Assembly (NCBI RefSeq): GCF_964204865.1
Contig: NC_135250.1
Location: 26,908,001 to 26,972,000, forward strand
Length of the DNA: 64,000 bases
Direction of reading: 5' to 3'
Source of the DNA: Styela clava
Lineage: Eukaryota
Part shown: positions 15,001-27,000 of the stretch, one piece after another
How positions within the stretch are numbered: the stretch's first letter is position 1
Layout of the letters: each line of letters opens with the position of its first letter
Notes under the pieces: model-generated
Told to the model about the DNA's origin: nothing
The model's database searches: none
The model's input: the letters and a program-made list of their open reading frames with translations, nothing else
Program-made: the position numbers and the translations under genes

Positions 15001-18000
15001 AACAAACTTTCATTACAAATTGCATGGGTTTGTCCATAATGGCAATGGCATAATAATTCCAACACATGTTGGCATGAAGCAAATAAACAAACAAACATTA
15101 AAAGTTATCTGTATAAATCGGCATTCCACAAAAAGGGAATATTCACCTGTATTGTTCTTCATTAACTGACATTTCAGCAACAGTTGAATTGATAGAAGTT
15201 TCAATTTCTTTCATTATTTTATCAACAGATTCTTTCAATCCTGTTACAGTTACTATTGGTTGATTGGGTTGCCACCTGAATAAATTGAAGACATGAAAAC
15301 AAAAATTCAGTCGTAAATAGAATAAGTATTTGAAAACAATGATTCATATTATGTCATCTATTATGAACAACATTGATTATCACCCTGTTTGAATGCAAAA
15401 TTTAACACATGTGGGTAAGATGGTCTAGTGCAGTGGTTCTCAAACTTGAAAAAAATTTCATGACAGACTCCCTGCAATTTTTTTTATGATATTTTTAGTG
15501 CGCGGCCTTGTGCATCAAAACATATTAAGATCACAACATAAAATTAATGCACCATATAGTAAAAAAAATACAACCAAACAAAAGTATATGCCAAAGTTTA
15601 ATGAGATGGGTGCAATTGTTTCATTGTAAAACAGCATTTAGAAGCGGACTGGCAAAACTTCATAAATTGCCTACTGTAACTTCCTCCTAAATCACCAAAC
15701 GTGCAAAAGGGCAGCCTCAGCTACACCTCTGCAGTTAGTTAACTTGTAATGGCAGCAATTGAACTCTCACTGTGATGTCACATGCTCACAGCTCTGTGAC
15801 ATCACAGTGGGGCTGCTTAATAGAAACTGAAAGTTTTTAAAAAAGAAAACGGAAAAGTGAAATAATCACTAACCTGATGTTGATATCATTCTTAGTTTCT
15901 GGTTTATTCAAATAAGGACAAACGTTGAGTGATATTGCTTTGCTTAATTTATCTTTGTCAAATGTTTGAGTCAAAGTTAAAAACTTGGTAATGAAATCAT
16001 CAAATCTTGTTTTGCATTCAGTATCGAATCCATCTTGGGTGTCCATGCCTGGATCCTGTAAAAAGAACAATAGGAAAAATGTCCCCAATGACCTTAAATG
16101 ATAAATCAAAACAGACTGAAAAAAATGAATGACTAAATGAACTCATATAATGACTCCAACAGATCACTGAAACTAATCAGTAATCAGTAAATTATTTTAC
16201 ACATGCCAAAAATACGCATTGTACGTACAGACAAGAGACAGATAAAAAAAATGCATTCTATTGTGAAGGGAGACTCGATAAACCAGTAATAGTTATTTAG
16301 CAGCGTCAGCTATGGAGGAAGTCTAACATTAAATTATACTGTAGAAAAAAATCAAACATTTAAATACTAAGAAAAGCCGGAAATGAAAGACATACAGGCG
16401 ACGGATATTCGAGTCTTGTTCATAACAATGAAAGCAAACGACTCCACACATGACAGACGAGGTAATTTAAAGATAAGTTCATGGCATTCTGATTCAATTA
16501 AACGTAAACAGGTTTGTCAGCTACAACATATGTAAACTTTTTCTGGTTAATACCTTTTCTGGAACAAACTTGACAAATTTCCCTTCTTTTGCAGTATGAC
16601 ACAATTCAACATTGGCCAAATCTTTGAAAACGTCTTTTATTTTGTTAACTTGCGCTTTAGTTAGTCGAATGAAGAAGAAAATTTTATCATGACATTCAGG
16701 TTTGTAAATGTAAGTGCTCAGTGTTTCATTTTTTTGAGATCTTGGAGTAGGCTTGGGTGGATCTGAATTTAAAATGAAAAGGAATGAGTGAATATTAAAA
16801 AGTCATGCTTCGGAAAAAAATTATGGGCATAGAAGTTGAAGCGACAAACTAAGATGTGTTGGCATCGCAGGTTACAAATCTCCCATGCTCACCAACTAAC
16901 CGAAGGTATAATGCATTGGGCAGAAAGAGTCTTGTTCCTAACAAAAGTTATAAAAAAGATAAGTACCGATGGGGATCATATGTAGTCTATGGACATTGAG
17001 GAAAATATATAATGAAACTTGATGTTTGGTGCATTATTCTAAATGTTTAAAGGGGACGAGACGGCAAAGTACCATGAGAAACAATTATGGACAATAGGAT
17101 TGCTAGACTTCTCACCTTCGTGAGATGGTTCATGTAACTGCTGGTCAATTATGACTTCCTCCACCATGAAGCCCACACAGATAAATGAATAACTGATTAC
17201 CTATTACCATACCCGACATAGATTGGTAACTGGATGAGAGCCAGCTTACCCCTCTTTCCTCTCAGTCTGCCATATGATTAAGCCACTTCACTGTCTTTCT
17301 CCTCTCAAACAAAATAAATAAACATAAAAAATCCAATCTTATTTTTTACCTTTTTTGCCACCTTTTCGTAGATTTTTCCCGTTTTCACTTTTTTCAACAC
17401 TTTTATGTAGATTTGAGAGTGAATGAAAATACAATTCAACTTCAACAGGATGTTGCCCAATAATAATTGATTCAGAACTAGGTTTTTTGAATCTTTTGCA
17501 TACTCGAGCAGTATCTAAAGAGTTTAACAGAAATTTTAATTTTTTTGTCAAAATTGGCGACTGTAGAATGAATGTAGTAATTGTGGTCACTGGTCATTTA
17601 TATTGGCATAATTCAATTTATTTTCAACTTTGTTGTGTCTGTTTAATGACAGTGACAACAGTGTTTTACCGGCGCTCTAGAATTACCGTTATGTGTACCA
17701 ATATGGAGGTAACTAATTTTGTTCGCTCACTTTACATCAAGTTGTGTAAAGGGACTAAAACCTATGGGCAGAGAATATTTTTACTTGGCTATCACAAACA
17801 GTCCCCGAACTCGCAATAGAACAAAAATAAGGAAAATCGGAATCAAATTATGGCCTAACCCTAACCTGGTACACATACTTAGTACCGTTTTACCTGCTGA
17901 GTCATACTTGATATGCGGCTATTGTTATAGTGAATAAAAACTTAGTATTTGTAAAACCTTATAGTTGGCGACAGTATGTTCCCCAGCTTTCCAAGTTAGG

Positions 18001-21000
18001 GGGGGGGGGGGTCAATTTTAGGGTGTGGTAGATATTTGTTATTAGTAATAAAACTATTTGTAACTTATAAAATGTGGTATGTATTTGAATGATCTTATGC
18101 CACAGCATCTAATCCTCTTTCTAGATATTTAAATGTAATTTTAATCAAGTTAGGAATTGAAGTGAGGTGTCATACCACAAAATCAAGGGGGAGGGGGGTT
18201 GGGGATGTTTGAAATCAGAGGTTTTCACCCGCTATAAGGCCAGGGAGGTAATGTAGGGACTGGTTGGCGAGGTCATGAAGTAACCCTTGGTAACGTCACG
18301 ACAGTAATAAGCATTACCCAATTTCTTAAAATAGATATTCAAACAATGGTGTTATACAGCATAAGAAATAAATATTGGTCAACTGTTTTCATTCCAGACC
18401 TCGGTAACAGAATAAAAGTCTGGCCCATATCACACCACCTTGAGTTTATACAGTTTCAGTAGCTATGGTCATTTTAGGTGGCTGCCTGTGACTTTGCTCA
18501 GAAACCAGTCTCCTCTAGTTCTGAATGAGTACACCGGACTGTGGTTTTAGCAAATTCCCTTGGAGAAAAAACTATACCAACTGGATAAAAGTCTTGCACG
18601 TATCATTTTAGTGGCCGTCCATAACTTTACTCTGAGATCAGTCTCTTCTAGTTTTGAATGAGCACATCTGACTGTGGTTTTAGCAAATTCTCGAAAAAAA
18701 AAAGATTGGAAAAAACACTATTCCTATACCGAATCTGGTAATTGGAAAAAAGTATGATGCACTAAATTTCAATACTTACCAATATAGGATGCAAAGTAGA
18801 CCAAAGTAATTTGATTTTCAATTCTATCAATTCTTGTCACAGGCCCACCATCAGTTCTTTTCTTACTTTCAAACGTAAGTCTGATTGTATCATTTGTTAC
18901 TGAATCTGGGATTCCTGATGCTTTTAGGCAATCAGTTCTTAAAAGCCTTGAAGCCTGAAAAATAAAAGAAAGTTCAAATTTAGGAATATTTCAGCCACTG
19001 CACAGACCAAAGTTTCTTAAAGTGGGACCTTGGCCCCACTGTGTCGACACAGAGTAATTATCTGGGCGCTACTAGCAATGACTAGGTACCATTTGTGATG
19101 ACTACAGTAATTTAAAGTAAATTGACTATAATTTGAGATTAGTTTGAGTCACTAGTATATACCAATTGAGTATGTGGTACATTATTTTCACATGCTGACG
19201 CGCTGCTTTGAATCCTATGCTTGATGATTTCGTGAGAAGGATTGCTGGAAAGTGGTTTGTACGACTTTCACAATCATTGAAAATGAAACATTTGCTTACT
19301 GGCTACCATGCCAACTGTAGTCACACTGAACAAAATCGTTTGATACCAGTATCAATAAAACAATAATTGATGCAAGAACTTCAGCTTACTTTCAAAGTCC
19401 GGTCTTCCAAAGGTTTCTTCCTAATTTTTTCCAAAAATGAATCTCTTTCACTGATATCTGTATGAAAGTTATAATAAGTATTAGGTGTAAAGGAGTTTGG
19501 GTATTTCTCAGGAATGCAAAAAATATTGTACTTTTTCTGGATTTTAGCTGTTTTAAAAAATATTCTGAGTGCGCAAATTTTCCAGACTCACAAGGTGTCA
19601 CTCAAAAATGGGCGCTCCAGAAATATATGTACCAATATGGTGGTAACTAATTTTTTTCGCCTACTTTTCATCAAGATTTGTAAATGAACAGAAGCCTATT
19701 GGAAGGGGGTATATTCAATTAGCTAACACAGACAGTCCCCAAACTCGTAATAGAACTACAATAAGGAAAAACAGGATAAAATTACGGCCTAATCCTAACA
19801 TGGTACACATACTACAGGAGTACCCAAAAATGTATTTCTGAAATGGTAAACTCCTTGAATAACTGGAAGAATTGGTTAACTATTCTCGAACCCGACCTAA
19901 ATTGTAAGCTAATGAGAAGGTTGTATAATTAAGTATAAATATGAAAATCCTATCCCCAAATAATAGCCTACATAATATTTAACGATATGGACTATATAGT
20001 AAAATTTTATTCTATATATTCATAACCAGGTATAGCAAGAAAAATAGGTACTCCCCTAGTATGTGTACCAGGTTAGGGTTAGGCCAACATTTTATTTTGT
20101 TTTTGCCGAAAAATGTGGTGAATTTTTATTGAAAATGAGAATCTGAACCCACCAAAATCATCTCCATATTCTACGAGATAAACGCCCTGTATATCTTGTT
20201 TTTTCAAAGATACAGGCGACGCTTCATTAGTAGAGCTAGTTTCAAGGTACATTGTCAAAGTATCTTGTGTTGTTGCTTCTCCAACTCCCTGTAAATAGTA
20301 TGAATGGAAAACTTTAATGAGAGTCGTGTATAATTTAATATTATTTTGTATTACTGTATCTGTTTTGAAATTTTGATATGAATTACATAACTCATTGGTC
20401 AATTTGTCGACTAAGGATTTTAAGTGTAGTTGTAGGTAATCAAAAATTAGTCTCAAAAAACCTGCGAAAGATTAGGCTAGAATTGGAACTTTGAAATGAA
20501 ATAATTTGAATCAAAATATTAGTTATGAAGCATATAAAGCAGTTTGTAAGCCCCAACTCGCTATAACACTTTCGAAATGAGTATCAAAAAATTTTGTGAA
20601 ATGGTAAAGTAGTAGAATAATACATCTGGGGTCAGAGATCAGTGTTGGTTGGGCCATGTTCAAAAGAAGTATTGAATTTGGTATAGCAGGATAATTGAAA
20701 TAAGCATAGTTGCGATAAGAAAAAATTTATAAAAACATTCCACTATATGGTATTTGTGGAAATTGTGTTCCAGCATTTAGAACATTGAATGGGGTGCAAT
20801 GTAATGAGCTATAGGAATACGATTTCTATAATACCTCTGATGACCCTGTGCATCCCACAGAGGATAATTATGTGCAAGAGGACTACTCCTTGTTGTTGTA
20901 GAGCAGTTTGAGTAACCGCTGGCTTTTTGCGTTGGCTTTTTCCAACATCCTGTCTATGCATCTGAAATGACTGGCTAACTAATTTCATACTCGACATGGA

Positions 21001-24000
21001 CTGTTAACTGGACGAGAGGCGGCCATATGATTAAGCCATCTTTTCCTCTCTCCCCTCCCCCTGGGATAAGTATAAAAAATCTCATCCTGACTGTGATAGC
21101 GTTGCACATTGAACAGAAATACATATACCGTAAATCTGATGATTCAAAATAGTGCTACCTCGATCATAAAGGTTTGCTCAAAATATGAAGGAATTGATTT
21201 AGGAAATACAGAAATGTCTTTTCCATCAAACTTTTGATCTTGTTTTCCTGAACATGACTCACAATCTGAAACAAGATATAAAAAATTGAAAGAATATAAC
21301 AGATTTTAATTTTATGTATCTGAAAAAAAAACAGTGAAATTATTCCTACACCTGACAAGGATTGGTAACTGGATAAGAGGCCGTGACTCATCACATGATT
21401 AGACTGTCTTATTGGGCTTGTCTGACTGTTGTAAATTCGGAAAAACTAAAAATACAGAAAAATTGAGATAAACATTCTTAAAATTAGTATTCACTATTTT
21501 ATTCTGTCAGAAGTTAACTATTTTTTTACTATTTTGATATCCTGACTGTGATAGGTGCGTACGGCGTGTTACGCTTCGTAAGGTCTGCTTATATGCGAAT
21601 GATTATGAAATCGCCGTTTAAAGACCATTTTTAGGGAGTCTGCTCATATGCGCGATCGGCGTATATGTGAGAATATACGGTAACTATTTTATTGTCTATC
21701 ATAAAATAATAAGTGTTTGCAAAGATATTTTCAAATATAAATATTTCTATTTCACAATTATCAACATACCTTCTTTACTCTCAAATACAATGAGCAATCC
21801 ATCAATCATTCTGATAACACTTTTCACAGGCCCGCCGTTCGAACGTTTCTTATTTTCAAAATGCATTTTCACTGTATCAATGTGCTTGGATGGATCAATG
21901 TTTTGAGCAAGAACACATCTGTGAAATAGATAATAGAGGAAATAAGAGATAAAAAATTATACTATGGACAATATGGCTCTGTGGTTGAAGCATTTGCATT
22001 AACTATGTTGGCATCGCTGATTAAAAAAATCCATTCACTGTACGATAAATTGGGTAGGCAATGCCAAACTGGAATGATTCTGGTTCTTCCAAACTACAAT
22101 AGTTCGTTAACTATCAGTTAACTGCTTGTTCAAAGTGTTCTTCAGAACAAAAGTCATTCAAATACTATAAAAAAAACTTTATCCTTCGTCTTGATTTTTC
22201 TCCCTTGCTCTCATACCAAGCAGTGGCTGGTTATACAGAGCAAGGAGAGCATATAAATACATCGTATATAAAAATATGTTTATCTCCCAGAATTCTGCAC
22301 ATCGAAATGACTAAATGGGCAACTATTACTTAACTGAGCTGACTATCTTGAAAGGGAACCAGACAAGAGGTCACAGCCTGTCATATGGTGTAGGATTGGG
22401 CAGTCTTATAGGATTTCTTTATCTTAATATGTTAATGTTACGTCCTAATGTTTTTATTTACCATATTTTAGAATGTGAGTAAGTTAATTGCGATTACATA
22501 TGAAGATGTCACGACTGACACGACTAAAACAAGAGGGAAATTCGAGATGAGACAAAAATCAAAAGAAAGTTTATGACATGGATTTGTAAATTTTACAGCA
22601 AGGCCTTTTGAATATTTATTGAAATTAAATTGAATAATGTAATAAACGAGAATATCGGTTAGAGACCGAGGACTTATCGATCAAAAGTTAGGGGATCCCC
22701 CAAAACAGCGCTCTTACTCCATAGTGACACCTTGTGTCCCATCACTAATTAATTAATAACTCGCTAATTATACGACATAATTCGCCCAAAATCAATAGGC
22801 TTCTCGTCCGAGATATGATGAATGCACATGAAAAATCTGGAGCAGATTTAATCTCGTTTTCGTGAGATATCGCGTGCATCTAACAGACAGACAGACAGAT
22901 ACATTTTATCAAATAGTAATTTACCCATATCAAGTATAAACCATCAAATAATTTGTTCAAAATGGAAAATTTAGTTTTATATATTCTGCCTAGTACTACT
23001 CAGTAATAAATAAAAGATCACTTTGGACGTTTCCTCATTCAAATTGAATTTTCATGTAATGTGGTTTTTTCAAATATTCATTTCATTGTTATGGCTCAGT
23101 TATACAGATTCAAATAGATTTGGCATGGTTACTGATAATTTTGACTCACTGGCCAACACAAAAGGCAACATTATATACACACATATAACCACAAACAAAG
23201 GTATAGAGATTTCAGGGACACATGACAAAACATAAAATAGGGTGTGATACCCCAGCGGTTATAGACTTAAATGTTTTTGCATAGCAGATTACACATCCCA
23301 ATTTTAATTTCCAAATTCCATGTTCCGACCCCACCCCCGGTGTGATAAATTGGGTGAAAAATGCCGAAAATGAAAAGATTGTGATTTGTTTCAAAAAATA
23401 GAAGATTGTTAGATAACAGTAAGTGGCTGTTTAATTAGTTCCTTATTCAGAGCAAAAGGCGTGAATAAGCGAGATATAAAAATATTAATCCTTCATTTGC
23501 TAGACATAAAGTATTGAGTTCTATTAATTATTTCTGAAGCGTGGGTGTTAAACAAAGACTCAGTGTAATGAACAAACACACAACGCTGGCTATGCTTGCT
23601 GTTATCACACAGTAAACAAAACCAGCTGATTTCTGTTTGAATAAACTGTATTTATACATGAGTCATAAGATAGTTTGGCAAATAAAGACTCTGGTGAAAC
23701 TATAGTATCATTATCGGGAAATTTTACAAATGCTTATTCGAATTCCATAATTTTATAAAATATTTTAGATTCATTTATACTGTTCATAGATACTATGTAT
23801 AGTTTATTGGCCCCTAAAGGTGTATTAAATGAAGTAAAATATTTTAAAATGAAACAAATATGACAAAGATATATTGAGAACTGACTTGAAATTGTAATGT
23901 GACTTTATGAACAACCAGTATAAGTAAATATGCTGCCATATGCTACCCATATTTGATTTCGTATTAGGATATGCCATGAAAGTAAAACCTGAATTATGTA

Positions 24001-27000
24001 TAACAAAAATAAAAGAAGACTCAATTCAAAATAATATTATGTCATACACTGGAATTTTGAGTACAGTTATATATCACTATGCAGTACAATAAACCTGAAT
24101 CCGGGTCATTGTAAATGGTTCGGACTTGACTTCTTATTTTAAAATCAAAATTTGTCATGTGCCAATCAATGTTTTACCTTCACATCAAAAATTGAAACTT
24201 TCAATGAAAAACAAATACTTTCATATTCTAAATCCTTCAGTATAAATCTTTTTTGCATCAAATTTGAATTTTGCCTTAAGCAAATTTCATATTATAAAAT
24301 CTCTAATAAAGACTCACATAGATCCTTCAGTTTCAGGCATCTTCTTTAATGTAGTCCAGTAATGAGTTTCAGTGAAAAGTTCTTCTTGAATCGGATCAAG
24401 TACAGCGTGTTGAGGGCCTTCATTCAAAGGTCTACTTGGTGTTGGAGGGCGTAAGTCTGGCATAGATGGTGCTTTGCCCATTCTTGATATTCCAGCAGAG
24501 TTAGCATTCGGCCTTCTTTTTCTTCGACCACGATTGCCTGGTGTTGAGTAACCGCTATCATCAGAAGTGGCTGATGAGCGTCGAGGCCCAGGACCAGGTT
24601 CATTAAAGTTTGGGGTAGGTTTGGGACCTGCATAAGAAAAGAGAAAGAATAGTGATCAATTATAGTAATAATTAATAGGGCTTAAATAAGTTGGCATCAT
24701 AGATTTCAAATCTTGGGTTCAAAATCCAAGGCCACCAGTTTACATTGTTTGGAACAAAAGCGCTGCATCATGAGATGATTTGTGCAATGATTTTGGCCTA
24801 CTCTCACTAATTTCAATTTACATGTAATTTAAAGTATTTTAACTTAAACGTTGATAAGTCCTACATCTGACTCTTTTTTTAGAAAACAATAATAATAAAA
24901 CTCAGATCGCCAGAGTAAAACCAAATTAGCTTATGTCACATTTTTCAGAAATGGTAATTTTTTATCTACTGTCATTAGGGATAAACATCAATATTTTGGT
25001 CTAGTCTTCAAAGCTGGGTACTCCTAAAATATGTGTACCAAGATGGTGGACACCGAAATGTAGTATGTGTGCCAGGTTAGGGTTAGGACATAATTTAAGG
25101 AGCAAATACTACAGGAGTTTCTTGGCTAGTCCCTGAACTCGTAATAGAACTAAAATATAGTAAATTGGAATAAAATTATGGCCTAACCCTAACCTGGTAC
25201 ACATACTACGTTCTGGTGGCCGCCATCTTGATATGCATACTACGCAAAGCTGTACCTGTTTCACTTTTGATTTTAGGTAATTTCTAATTTTTATAGTTGG
25301 ATGCTGAAACCAAAATTATAAACATGTGACTTTTTCAAAACCAAAATGTGGCTTTTTTGAATTTCTGTCATAATGGAAAAGCGGCAATCTTTTGGTATAA
25401 GTTTCAAAGCTGTACCTGTTTTACGTTTGATTGCAGGTGATGCCCTATGTCCATTTTTATTTTGGAACCGAATTATAACAAAAATACAAATTTCTCAAAA
25501 TCTAAATTTTGACACAAGCTTATTTGGTTCTACAGTGGCAATATAAAAATAATCTTAATTTAGAAAACAATTATCAATCTAATCACCTTCACTATCAGCC
25601 CATTGTATACTCAGATTACTCATTGGTCCAGCATTTACTCCTTCATGCCTTGCTCGGCAAGCATCATTCTGAACAAAATTCATCAATTAGATACCAGTAT
25701 TCTAAACCAGGGGTGTGCAACCTGCGGTCCAAATGCGTACACCAAGAAATAATTGTGCGGCCCACGGAGAAGGGACTATTTTGAATGATGCATAGCCCAC
25801 GAATCAAGTTTTAAATTTAGTTTCTGGTACATGCGAGTAATTCCATTCCCTTTACCCAGCGTCCATTTTATTATCTATGCTCATGACGTTACAATGATTT
25901 TTCATGCCTGCAACTACTAGAAAGGCTATGATAAAAGTGCAGCCCACGGCCCTGTGCAATTCATTTCCTATAAAGATGGCCCTTTTCTCTCAAAAGCCCA
26001 GAAGCTCTGAGAATAACATTCACACCTTGCCTAGATCCTTATTTATGGCTTGCTTGGAGCCTTGTTTTTGGCAAAGAAACACCTTAGACAGAGATAATAC
26101 TCACATGATTTCTAAATGTAACATATCCATGAAATCCAGGATTCTTCCTGTTTGGTTTGAACAAGCAATGTTCGAGAGGTCCAAACCTAAAAAAATGATG
26201 ACACAGTATGGTAGGCGTGGAACACAGGTGGAGGTTTAAAAACCAGAAATAACCAAAAAAAAAAAATCATTTTTATACACTAACAAATTTTTCAAACTTG
26301 ATTTATGAATTTATCTTCTGACTAGGAGTGGTATTGGGAGGTAATATGTAGTGTCAGAAGCTTTTGGTAGCTTTGCCTGTAGCTTTGCTCAGAAAAACCA
26401 CCTTTGATTTCTGAGTGAGTTCTCGTGACCTTGCCTTGGGAAAAAATAATAAATGAAATCTTGTGTACAAATAAGGATCAAAGGTTGTGGTGTAATCTTG
26501 CATTTATCCTCATATTTTTATGCTTCTAAAATAAATTTCTGGTAAACTATTCCTATACCCAATATAAATTGGTAACCAAATGAGTGACCATAGTCACCTT
26601 ATAATAGGCCTTCTCATTAACTTTCATCTCCGCCATGACAAATATAAAAATCTTATTTTATTTATCAAAGATAAACAGTGTGTGCAAAAAAAGTTCAAGT
26701 TCATAAACTGAGAAGCGTCCTACCTTTGGAAATGTAAACTGAAAGCTAGATGATTGCACAAATGCTGTGGTATCTGAGTGACATATAAAATTCTCCTCCA
26801 TTGATCTGCATCGCCTCTGTCAAATCTTGGATTCTGTCTATGCGGTTGATCGGTTCTTTCGTTTCCATATTTATTGTCCCTGCCTCCAAATCCTGGATTC
26901 TGTCGATATGGTTGATCGGTTCTATCGTTTCCATAATTATTGTCCCTGCCTCCAAATCCGGGATTCTGTCGATATGGTTGATCGGTTCTCTCGTTTCCAT

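Noticed and set aside
17999-18011. G homopolymer (C-run at ~52659-52678) as a functional G4
   Set aside because: Length differs between arms; homopolymers are unstable and error-prone, and there is no other support.
25076-25195. Telomere or chromosome fusion site (opposed TTAGGG/CCCTAA)
   Set aside because: Only ~2 units per side, embedded in a multi-copy MITE with TSDs.
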